Source: Entomortierella parvispora E1425 (taxonomy: Eukaryota; Fungi; Mortierellomycota). Taken from it: a stretch of DNA of 64,000 bases. The stretch lies in contig BQFW01000014.1 in assembly GCA_020891255.1 (NCBI GenBank), positions 496,001 to 560,000 of the forward strand. Reading direction: 5' to 3'. Position 1 is the stretch's first letter. The number at the start of each line of letters is the position of its first letter. Under the pieces are notes generated by a model. It saw only the letters and a list, made by a program, of their open reading frames with translations. It had not been told where the DNA came from and ran no database searches. Position numbers and translations under genes: made by a program. Positions 45,964 to 56,634 of this stretch are shown here, piece after piece.

Positions 45964-47781
45964 TTAACTGTCACTGCCAGGAGGGACAACAACCATCTGT
46001 CCGTTGGGGTAGACCAAGGTATTCACATTGATCGGCACTGGGATCACCTGTGAGTCAGAGCCTCCAGGACCTCCCTCTGCACTAGGGCCTCCTCCTCCTC
46101 CCAAAGGAAGTGGAGAGGATGATCCGCTAGGGACCGGGACCATGTTGGTACCATCCCACATCAGTCCAATATCGATCGGCACCGGGATCACATTGCTCTG
46201 GTCGCCTGGACCGCCGCTTCCGCTCGCTGCGGGAGCAAGTTGACGCTTGCTCTTGTAGCCGCCACTCTTTCCGTAGCCACCATAGTTGGATCCAGATCCG
46301 GACTGCCAATTGCTGCCGTGGCTTCCGCTTCCTCCTCCGTAGCTGCTGCTGCTGCCACCGTAGGATCCACTGCTGCCGTACTTGCTGTTCTCAAACGCGT
46401 CGCCAGAAACCTGATCGACCCCTTGAAGGGAGGAGGAGGAGTCTTCAGATGAAGTCATGGGTCCGAGGCCATACAAGGGCCACGAAGACGAAGACGAACT
46501 CGAATCTTGACCATGGTCTGTATCGCGCTTGTACATGTTCGAAGACGAGGGCGAAGAGGGAGAAGAAGCAGGGTACCAAGAGTTCCCTTGCGGCCCTGTT
46601 GGAGCATAGGAATTCATGGGATTGCCAGTCTGGGAATCATATCCGTACATGGGGGAAGAAGAAGATCGCTTCTTCTTCTTTGACTTGGAGGCTGAAGAGG
46701 CAGGGGAGGGCGAATCGGGAGCCACATGAACCGAGGTAAAGACACCATTGCCCTGTTGAGGGGAAGACGTCGATCCCGTCTTGTAGACGCGACCGTCCAC
46801 GCAGTAGATGGTGTCACTCGAAGACGGATCCACGTAGCAAAGAATACTGGTGCTTGGCTTGAGAGGAGCAGAGAGAGGAGGACTCGAAGGAGGACCGGAT
46901 TCTGGTGCCTGCACTGACACTGGAGAAGCGGGTGCGATTGAGACGGGGCGCCCATCTTGTGGAGTGGCTTCTCCAGCGGGAGGAGTTGGAGGCGAAGACG
47001 AGGCAGGAGAAGCTGTGATCACCCTGGAGGTCGAAGTCGGTCTGGAAGGCGCCACGTTGGTACTCTGTGGTCTGGGTTGGGCGATCGTCGGTGTCACAGC
47101 CGGCTGGTAGTTCACAGTCTCAGGGGCTGGGACCGGGACGGAAACGGATTCAGGGACAACCCAGTTATCACCCTCGTCAGGAGGTGTAAAAGAAGTCGGC
47201 TGCTGCTGTTGCTGTGGCTGTTGTTGATACTGCAGCTGTTGCTGGGAGATTGGGATCTGGATCTGCTGGACCGGGAGAGAGATCTGCTGCATGGGCGTAG
47301 CAGAGGGGCGAGGGAGTTGCAAAACCTGCAAGGACTGCGAAGGCATGGGGAGCTGAGACGGCTGCTGCTGCTGATGCTGCTGCTGCCGAATGTTCCAATA
47401 ATCCAAGGGGGTTCCAGCATAGATGTGTGCCGAGGCTCCAGAAGACAGTTGGCCAGTACCAAAGCCTTCGTTTCTCAAGATGTTCACCAACTCGGGGCTG
47501 GAATAACTGCCGAACCCAAGTGAATCTATCGCCTGGCCAGCACTGCCAGAGCTGGGTGGTGAGGAAGGGAGACTGGTGCTGACTGGTGCTGGTGAGTGTG
47601 TCGCTTGAGGGACGTAAATTGAGATCACTCTGGTGACCGTCAAGGTCGTGACAGGTGTCGGATCTCCTACCACGGTGGGACTGCTTCCTCCAACGGCAGC
47701 AGGGATGGCTCCAGTTCCCTGACCTAGGAAAGTTGAGGCGAGAACGAGAGCGATTGAGATGGAGAGTAGTCGACGAGCCAT
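45964..47781 (-). CDS. Secreted Ser/Pro/Gly/Gln-rich protein with Kex2-like sites and two C-terminal repeats, 605 aa
   Basis: ATG at 47781, signal peptide MARRLLSISIALVLASTFLGQGTGA, low-complexity body, KR sites, and a repeated VIPVPI...MVxVP unit. Confidence 0.8.
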   Translation of the reverse strand: MARRLLSISIALVLASTFLGQGTGAIPAAVGGSSPTVVGDPTPVTTLTVTRVISIYVPQATHSPAPVSTSLPSSPPSSGSAGQAIDSLGFGSYSSPELVNILRNEGFGTGQLSSGASAHIYAGTPLDYWNIRQQQHQQQQPSQLPMPSQSLQVLQLPRPSATPMQQISLPVQQIQIPISQQQLQYQQQPQQQQQPTSFTPPDEGDNWVVPESVSVPVPAPETVNYQPAVTPTIAQPRPQSTNVAPSRPTSTSRVITASPASSSPPTPPAGEATPQDGRPVSIAPASPVSVQAPESGPPSSPPLSAPLKPSTSILCYVDPSSSDTIYCVDGRVYKTGSTSSPQQGNGVFTSVHVAPDSPSPASSASKSKKKKRSSSSPMYGYDSQTGNPMNSYAPTGPQGNSWYPASSPSSPSSSNMYKRDTDHGQDSSSSSSSWPLYGLGPMTSSEDSSSSLQGVDQVSGDAFENSKYGSSGSYGGSSSSYGGGSGSHGSNWQSGSGSNYGGYGKSGGYKSKRQLAPAASGSGGPGDQSNVIPVPIDIGLMWDGTNMVPVPSGSSSPLPLGGGGGPSAEGGPGGSDSQVIPVPINVNTLVYPNGQMVVVPPGSDS

Positions 47782-49588
47782 TTGAGAAGGTATGGAGAGA
47801 GTAAGGGGCGTGAGGACAGACAGACGATAGTCAATGGTAGCTACTTTTTATATGAACCAAAGGACAGTGAGACCTTGAACGGTCAAGTTAAAGTCATCAA
47901 CAGCGTTGATGAATGGACATTTGTGATCACTGCCAGTCGACGAGGTGGATACTGCTTGTCCTGTTGGACGGCTACACCACAGGAAGACTACAGCAATCAG
48001 CGACCATGGACCCTATCAGTTTGGTAGCAGTAAATCACCCAGCCCATAGATGCAAATATTGATAGACTCACCTAGAGGTTTGTGATCGTCCGTGAGAAAT
48101 AAACGAAGTACAGACGCGTTCATCCCTCGTGTCCAAGTTTCCTTCCTTGGGTTAGCGTGGACTGGCATGGTTCAATGGGGCTAAACCTTGGCATGCAACC
48201 CCGAGAACGCGTCCCTCCTTTTTACGTGAAATTCAAAAAAAAAAAAAAAAAAAAAAACTGTCTGTGTCCAACGTGGCGTCCAACGTGTTGTTGTTCATCT
48301 ACCTTTGGCAATAATATCCGATCTCTGTAGCGACTCCTTCCGAAGATCCCTTCCCGGTTCTTTCCCCTCTCTTCAATTAGACTACCATTGGAGGCTCTCT
48401 GCTTTTGTTTGTTCCTCGACCCGTGGAAGTGGCAGTGGTTGCTTTTGTTGTTGACACGTGAATCAGGTTTCCCCAGTTTCTGCCTAAAATGACTGGTCGG
48501 GTCTTCTGTCTTGGTTCGTTGTTCCGTGGGCCAACTTTTTTTTTTATTTTTTTAGTTCAGGTACATGTACCCGCATGCACAAGAACACGACCGCTTTGTT
48601 TTTGTCCTACACGCTCTTTTCTCACTTTGGACAGGGGACCTGTAGAGGAAGAAGAGGAGGGACCACTTGGCGATGGGCGAACCGATCCATTGATCTATCC
48701 AATGTTGTGTTTCAGTCCGGACCCTCATTGCTTTTCCATTCAGCAAAGATGTTGGGGAGGCGAGAGAGAGAGAGAGAAAGACAGATGGAGCGCACGTTGG
48801 GCGTGCAGTTCATCCACGACTTTGTCGGATGCATGATGCATCGACCAGAGGATTGGACTGGGGCACGAAGAGGTGGAGGAGGCCACTCCATTCTCCGATG
48901 TCGTGATCGGATCCTGTGGCCAGGAATCAGAAAATAGCCTATTTTCTTCCCACGGGGGCCTGCATCTCAAGTTCTCAACCCTCGTTTGCTTTTACTAGCA
49001 GTACTCTCCCCCCCATACATTCCCCTTTGCTCTTTCCACTTGGATACACAATTGCCCTCCCAACAAGTCCAGGGAGGTAAACGCTGTGGTTGTTGGGTGT
49101 ACTCTCCCTTCATAGACACAGGTGAAGAGAACAGCGTCTAAAAAAATTGTATCCGTGGGCTGGCAACTGAATTCTATTTCTGTCCCTCGAACCAACCATG
49201 AACGCAAAAAAAAAAAAAAAAAAAAAAAAAAGTCTAGATTTCCATCGCAGACGCACACTGCGCAAGCTTGCTCAAAACTTCACCTCCCATGCCTCAGATC
49301 ATGGTCAGGGCCAAAGCTGGCCCGACGCTGCAGCCCTTTCAAAGGCTTTTCTGTCAAGATGGATGGTTGTAACGTATGCAATTTGTATTGAAGACAGAAC
49401 AAGTCTGTGTTTACAAAATAAAAAAATAAAAAGAAGCTATTCTGGATGATGCTGGAAAATAAAGAGTGGAGAGAGAGAGGGTATTGCCTATTTTTCGTAT
49501 GGTCACAAAAAGAGGAGAAAAGAACAGCTTGTTTGGCCTTTGCTAGCGAACAAATCAAGTCTGGTGAACTGGCGGACGAAGAGAGACT

Positions 49589-50092
49589 TCAGAGTAACCG
49601 GACCATATGGCGACCGTCGACCGTCATCAGCGAGTCTGCATTATACAATCTCTCGTATTCTGCAAACTCACCCTTCTTGATGGGGTGATCCTTCAGATGC
49701 AAGTCTCGAGCCAACGTGACCTTGGGTACCGCACATTCGAAAACGGTCTGGTTAGGGAAGAAGTATTGCTGGGATAACCGACGGGATCGTGCATCGGAGG
49801 CTCCACCGGCAACAGCGACGGCACCGGCTTCGGCCTCGACGTCCTTGGAGAGGACAGATGAGGAAGCATCGACGTCGAAGGCTGCAGGCAAGGATTCGAA
49901 ACTGGTCGAAGAAGAGGCCGAAGTAGACAGGAGTGGAGGGGTCAATGGTGGGCTAGTTGCGTTGGCCTCATTGAGAGCTGAACGCGCAGCAGCTGGGATG
50001 TCAATGTTAAGGGATGGAGAAGCTGGCAGGGAGGACTCGTCCTTGACGACGCTGAAGGAGGCGTTGGCGACTACGGCGGTGTGTGCAGACAT
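49589..50092 (-). CDS. Hypothetical protein, 167 aa
   Basis: ATG preceded by an A-run. Ser/Ala-rich disordered N-half, then an ordered-looking C-terminal segment YFFPNQTVFECAVPKVTLARDLHL...EFAEYERLYNADSLM. Codon usage is gene-like. Confidence 0.7.
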   Translation of the reverse strand: MSAHTAVVANASFSVVKDESSLPASPSLNIDIPAAARSALNEANATSPPLTPPLLSTSASSSTSFESLPAAFDVDASSSVLSKDVEAEAGAVAVAGGASDARSRRLSQQYFFPNQTVFECAVPKVTLARDLHLKDHPIKKGEFAEYERLYNADSLMTVDGRHMVRLL

Positions 50093-52430
50093 TTTTTTTT
50101 ATGTTCTATGAAGTAGAGTCTGGTATTGAAGGAAATGCAAAAGTTGGCTGGGCAGTAGGGAAGGTCTCTGTTTTTGGATTAAGAGAAGGAGTCAAGAGGA
50201 AGTAGGGAAGAATGAGCGAGAAGAAGAAAAAAAAAAGAAAGGGAGGGAAGAAGGAAAGAGTAAAGTCTTCTTATACAAGGAAAAAAAAAAAAAAGGAGTC
50301 GAGTCATGAAGGGCCAAATGAGCCGTCAAAGTTGTTCCCCACAATTTCCCTTATTGAATACTCATCACGGCAACAGTGGTTCCACCAAGCACGCACACAC
50401 AGGCCACGCTCTGTGTCTGTGTCCACCCTTGTTATGATGTCCTGTTGGCATCGTCCTTGCACTTTTCCCGTCCTCGTCTTTTTCATCTCCATTGTCATTC
50501 TTTGCGTCGTTGACGCTAGACTCGCAAGCAGTTACGGATTGATCGACCCTGTACAAAGGAACCAATCATGGCCTTGCAATTGCCTGGCCCAAGGTCAACC
50601 CTTGCACACAAACTCGACCCAGATCCGCGCTAGTCTGCAACTGGAACCCAAACCTGCTGGTCCGAACAAAAGGACAAAAAAAACGATCAGCTAAAGCTTA
50701 GTGAGCCTTCACTTCAAATCTTGCAGGATTAGGAATGTTCGAAAGGGTGACGAGAAGGTGATGCCTGAATGATCGGTGAGTGATCCTCGCCGGCTCCAAA
50801 GCCACCCACAGAAGGAATGACGGTCAACTCCTGTCATTTGCCCCGCTGGAACTCGGTCAACCAAACCGAGGCTCGTCCTACAGGGAAAAAATCCCAAGAA
50901 AAAAAAAGGTTGTTGGACCAAAACCAGCCACCGTCACGTAATCCGTCGCACTCCTGTCGTGTTGCCCGGAGGATTTTCTTTTTTTGACCATCCCAACAAG
51001 CCTTCAGAAAGAGAGAAAAAAAAAAACAACAATGCAAAATGACGATGTGTCTGATTGTGACCGATGAGAAAGGGCTGAAAAAATCATGGAGCGCAGCGTG
51101 GGGGGACGACAATGGCGAAAACAACACTGCTCCTTTGTGCGCCATTGAACAGAACAACGTGCTTGAAGGCGATCGATTCATCGGGCCAATCAGCCGTTTG
51201 TTCCTTTGGCTGGTGTGTGGTGCTCCTACTGCTATGCACATTATTCAGCTGGAAGCAGGGGGGCGTGATATCAAACAGGGTCAAGCGCAGCTGCAGAACC
51301 CCTCTGTTTCCGTCCTTGCCATATCTAAACATGCAGAGGGCTGGTTGATTTCTTTTCTTTCTTTTTGCACGACATGTCCTTGCAGTCGGTCCAGTGCACA
51401 AAACGGCCATTGTGCGCTGGGTGCCACAGAAAACAGCATACATCACACAAGAATGAATGAAACATGCAAGAGTCATGTCACTGCTGAGGATCCCGACGCA
51501 AGGTTGATGATGAACGATTATCCATCGCATCCAGAGCGCGCTAAAGAATACAAGGGAGAACGAACACAGAGAATTGACGAGTTTGTAGCATTACCTTCTC
51601 TCAGTTGCTCTCCTTTGCTAATTGCTCCTCGAAAGCGAATGTCTAAATAGCATATCCCTGCCTCTGAGTTGACACATGGAGATGGGCAGACTGAGAGCAA
51701 AAGCGATTGACTTTAAAGCATCCACTTTTTTTTTCTTTTTTTCAAACTTGGTTTCCTGCTGGATCTCTCCGGGGGAGGAAGAAAAAGCAGGGACAGAAAG
51801 CTGTGGCAGCCAATAATTGAGTAGAATGGCGACTACTTTTTTTCTACATGGGGGGGACCCACCCATGGCCCCAGGAACCCACACAAAAGGCACCATTACT
51901 ATCGCCTCTCCACGACGGCAAGAAACGGAACGCGAGACGAAAGAAACTGGCAACTCTGCAGCAAAAGGAGAACACTCACAGGTTCATCTATCAAAGCTGT
52001 GCTGTTGTGGTGGTGATTGGTTTGTTCCGAGGCGGAAAAAGGCAAAGAGAAAGAGACGTTCAAGATCAAGCAAGGGGCAAAAAAGCGACAGTCCTTCACC
52101 AGCCAATCATTCCATACACGCCCTTCCCTCCACCATGCTCGTATTAAAAGTAGCTCTTTTTTTTCTTTTTTTTTTTTTCCTTGAGGATATTCGATCACAC
52201 TCAGAGTGGGCCATTGAAGTTTAGGGGAGCCTTGGTGATTATTATTGTAAATGGGGGTGTTTCTAAGGATTTTCTGTTCTAAGATGAGAGGGGCTGTCGT
52301 TATATTCTAAAGAGCTAGTCCATTGAGGAAAGCCCTTGGACCAGGAGTTTGCACCAGGAATTGGATTTGTGTGCGGCTTGACCATTTCGCTTGCGGGTAT
52401 ATTTGGGTCTTAATATCGACTTTTGACTGA

Positions 52431-52691
52431 TTACTTGCGAGCATTGGGTGTCCAGTATACAACCTCGTCCTTGAAGAGAAGAGAGGCACCGCCAATAACG
52501 GTAGCAGTTCCGCCGACGGCCAAGGCAACAGACTTGACAGACCTTGACGCTGCAGAAGAAGCAGCAGCAGTGGCGGTGTGGTGCTCAATTGAGACGGCAG
52601 CTTGGGAGGGCATTGAGGAGGAAATCAAGCGACGAGCAGCGGTAGAAGAGGTCTTGGCGACAACGGGGGAGCGGATCATGGAGGAGATCAT
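52431..52691 (-). CDS. Small single-pass protein with mitochondrial-presequence-like N-terminus, 86 aa
   Basis: MISSMIRSPVVAKTSSTAARRLISSS (basic, no acidic residues), TM VALAVGGTATVIGGASLLF, tail KDEVVYWTPNARK*. Confidence 0.7.
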   Translation of the reverse strand: MISSMIRSPVVAKTSSTAARRLISSSMPSQAAVSIEHHTATAAASSAASRSVKSVALAVGGTATVIGGASLLFKDEVVYWTPNARK

Positions 52692-52757
52692 TGTGTATTT
52701 AGTGGTGCGACTAGAGGAAGGGGTGAAAGGAGAAGAGAAGGTTGTTTGGAGATGGAA

Positions 52758-52841
<84 letters not shown>

Positions 52842-52845
52842 AGAG
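52758..52845. repeat. Interrupted (GA)n microsatellite, about 88 bp
   Basis: GA dinucleotide run broken by extra A roughly every 20 nt. It lies 65-155 bp upstream of the small mitochondrial ORF. Confidence 0.95.
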
Positions 52846-53100
52846 AAAAGAAAAACGTTTGCAAGGAAGAAAGGAAGAGAGATCGACCGGTCCTTTTTAT
52901 ACGGATCGAGAAGACCAAGGCCCCAAATGGAGAAATATCGCACGAGAATGACCAATGTGATAAAAAACCAGAGAAGGTGCAGGTTTCTCCTGTCACCGGA
53001 AATAGCGCGATCGAGTGGAGAGGCAGCGACGAACCCTTTCTGCGGCCTCGTTGTTGTGTCGGTGACACTGTATCGAAGAGTCACCGCAGGAACCTATTTT

Positions 53101-53140
53101 TGTGCTGTGGAGTGCTGTGGAGTGCAGTGGAGTGCAGTGG
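53101..53140. repeat. 10-bp tandem repeat x4 (AGTGCWGTGG)
   Basis: tgtgctgtgg agtgctgtgg agtgcagtgg agtgcagtgg. Confidence 0.85.
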
Positions 53141-53966
53141 ATTGTTGGTTTGGATTGCTGGCTTGCTGCCTGACTGGCTGTCTGTCAGTCTGTCTGCTTG
53201 TTTTCAGGCACAGATCATGTCATCGACACAGCAGCGTCATACTGTGACAGATGATGGCACGCGTTCGGGCCGCGCGATTTTTTCTTCGTTCTTTTGCTTC
53301 CTCTTGCTTCCTTTTCTCTCTTCTCCCGCCAGGACTCATCCTTTTTACCCTTCTTCCCCCATTCCTGATCCGACTGGCTGGCTGGCTGCGCTCTGGTGAC
53401 CAAGGACGGTGACGCTGGTCCAATGACCCATGCTCGCCATTACGGCCAATGCAGAAGAAAATGATTGTTCATCTTATTCCACCAGGTCTCTTACACCTCC
53501 TTCCGCGTGGGCCCCAAGTGGCCATGGGTACTATCACCGAGGTTGACAACCATAACCTTGAGGTAAGAGCAACCTTCGACCATGCAATCAACTCTGTTGG
53601 AACGAGGGCCTTGTCCGAAAGCTACACACCGGAGCTCTGCACGGAAGCACGAAAGGCCATGTCGCCAGTATGACAACCATGTTAAACAGGCTTAAAGCAG
53701 CTTCACAGCCAGAGGCGTGCTACCTCTTTCAACCTGTATGATGTATCTGACCAGCTCGTCAAGGATGCCCAGGGACGTACAATCATATTCGACAACAGAG
53801 AAGAAGGAAAACTAAAAAACTAGGAGGCAGCCGACTATGGGCACAGACGCAGCCAATAAATTCCACCAGTCAACCACCTTTCCGCACGTCTTCTCCGCTC
53901 TGTCCTTGATCTTGCATCTACATCGCATCGACTCTTTGTTGTCGATCGACCATTCCTCTTCCAGCA

Positions 53967-56469
53967 ATGCCACCGCGGATAGGCCCCATCAGCGCACCCG
54001 AGTTTGCAGACAGGTTGGCCAAGCTGTGTTTGCGTCCACCTGCACATGCCTCTTCTTCGCCTCGGATTCTGGACCCATTCGCGTCCTTGAAACGACCCGT
54101 TTCTCATTCAAACCTAGTCCAGCAAGGTCATGCAGCAGCAGCGGCAACAACGACAACAGCAACAATAACGACGACGACAATGACAACGGCAATGCCCCCA
54201 CTGAGAATTGGCATTGCAGTTTCGGGGGGTGTCGACAGCATGGCCTTGGTGACCCTGCTGGCTCGTCACTATCGATCTGCTTTGAATCATACCTCGGCAG
54301 CTGTCAACCCGGGGACACCGGAGGCAGGCACTGTCCAGCTGCACGGCCTTATTGTCGATCATAAGCTTAGGGACGAGAGCACGGCTGAGAGTCGCTATGT
54401 TGCCAACGAGATATCGAAGCAAGGTACTGGGATTGACTCTTGATCACGGCCAACAGCCCCGCTAGACATCCATAATAGAATATCGGGGCGAAAATACTAA
54501 CAAGGAGGATCATGTCTTCATTAGGCATCATCCCTCATATCCTGACTCTGGATTGGTCATCAACTCTGCAATCAAAACAGGAACTTCAACTGACCTCAGG
54601 ACATGGACAAGAGCAAGGACAGTCAATAGGCCAGGATCTTAGACCGGACAAGAGTCATCTCGAGACTCAGGCTCGATTGGAGAGGTACAGGGTCATTGCA
54701 GAGAAATGTCACGCGCTTCAGATCCAGGAACTCTTTGTCGGTCATCATCGTGGCGATCAGGTTGAGACAGTTTTGTTTCGACTCTCGAGAGCAAGTGGAA
54801 TTGACGGACTGGCCGGAATCCAGTCATTGGCTCCTTTTGGAGTGCTGAACGTTCCCGAGGCGTTGGATCTTCAGGTCGCGCGTCCCTTGCTGGACTTTGA
54901 CAAGGTGATTTACAGGCCTTTTTTTCTTTTCTTTTCAAAGATTCGTAGTATGTACTAATCAACAACACTCGTCGCAAATCCAACACTTTGTTCATCCCTT
55001 TAGAGTCGTCTGCGTGCAACATGCGAAGAGCTTGGGGTCAAATGGGTAGAGGATCCTTCGAACAGATCTCTGGACTATCAAAGAAATGTGATCCGGCATT
55101 ACCAGCAGGAACTGGACCAAAAGCTGACCTCCTTGTCGGGAAATGACTCTGCAGGCAACTCGCCTCTTTCCAGTGCTGCTTTGATCAGGTTTAGACAGAG
55201 AATGGATCAACATCGACATGCAGCGTGGGATCAAGGTAAACGCTACTTGAGAGGAATGGTAGATCCGCTCTTTTATGATGTCATTCTTTGTTAATACGAT
55301 CCCTTCTTTCTTGCTTCTTCCCTTGACTCTGGCGCAAAAAAGTCAGACCGTGGCTGAAGGATGTGCACTTTGATACTGCAAACGGTGTTTGCCATCTTCA
55401 GCTGCAAAAGAGTTTGGAGGACAGGGAGAATCAGTCTAGGCAGGAATCAATCATTGCAACTCGTTCGACTCGTTCAGCAAAGATGGCTGGATGGCTGCAA
55501 AGCTCAGAGCTGCATGTTGCTACTCGACTTGTTTCGTTCCTGGTACGGTGGGTGAGTTGCAAAGATCACCCGCCTGGGCTTGAGGACGTCCAGTTGATGC
55601 TGCAACAAATGAGACTTCAATTAGGAGGTGCAACTCTGGAAAAAATAATGGACACGGGCAAAGTTGCCGAGCCGCGGGAATGTATCACTGCCGAATCCAA
55701 AGGGTCCACTGTGTATAAAAGGACAAAAAAGCGACGCGTCTCGAAGCAGACTGGGCTTGACTCTGCAAACATGGTGTCGGGGGAGACTACAGGAGGGTCG
55801 AAGATTATGGCCACTCAACAACCTATTCAAATGTTCGGCGTACTTCTTTCCCCGCCGAGGAAGACGAAAGGCTTGCCACAGCACTGGACTCTCTCGAGGC
55901 AGCCATTGTCACAGGCGGATCAAATTGCAACACAGATTCAACTCATGCTTCCTATACCCGATACTTTGGCGGACCATGCAACACCGACGCCAATGCCATC
56001 AACTATACCAACAGCAGTGACATTATCGACGCCTGCCCCAATGGATGTGCTATGGGATCAACGATTCTTTCTCAGGATACAATCCAAGAGGACGACTGCA
56101 GACTTGACTTCAAACACAACAGGGGCGCGGTTTGACGCGCTTGTAGTTCGGTCACTCACTCTGCAAGATGTTCAGACCCTCCGAAAACAACGATCAGATC
56201 TAGATCTAGATCTATCAGAATTGGATATGTTGATGACCCAGTTGCCAACCAAGGCCCGGTTTACAGTGCCGGTTGTGGTGGGCCTGGATCATTTTTGCGA
56301 TGTGTGTGAAAGCAGTGGACGGCCAGAAACCCTGGTCTCGATCCCAACCGTGAACCTGCATTTATTCCCTCAGCAGTTCAGGATCCAGAGTCGGTTCAAG
56401 TCAGATCGGCCTCTGATGGAGCTGGACACGTCAAGGAGTGACCTTTCTATGACAATAATAAATGAATGA
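53967..56469 (+). CDS. tilS: tRNA(Ile)-lysidine synthase (TilS-like, PP-loop ATP pyrophosphatase)
   Basis: Exons 53967..54423, 54525..54904, 55004..55235, 55343..56469. IAVSGGVDSMAL, IVDHKLR, GHHRGDQVETVLFRLSRASGIDGLAG, RPLLDFDK, WVEDPSN, RNVIR, WDQRF. It lacks the CxxC zinc motifs of Ncs6/CTU1. Confidence 0.9.
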
Positions 56470-56634
56470 AATTTGGAGGGAAAAAAAAATTGTTCTTTGC
56501 AGTTTGTCCTGTCATGTTCTCTCTGTGCCTGACTTATCTCGTCCACTCTTTTCTTGATCCCAAAGAGAGAAGAGAGAGAGCTCTCAAGATGTGGATGACA
56601 ACGTGAAAAGGCGAGAGGCGCAGAATACAGAATT

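Noticed and set aside
56196-56213. Perfect palindrome (AGATCT)3
   Set aside because: It lies within the TilS coding sequence (DLDL repeat) and is likely simple slippage.
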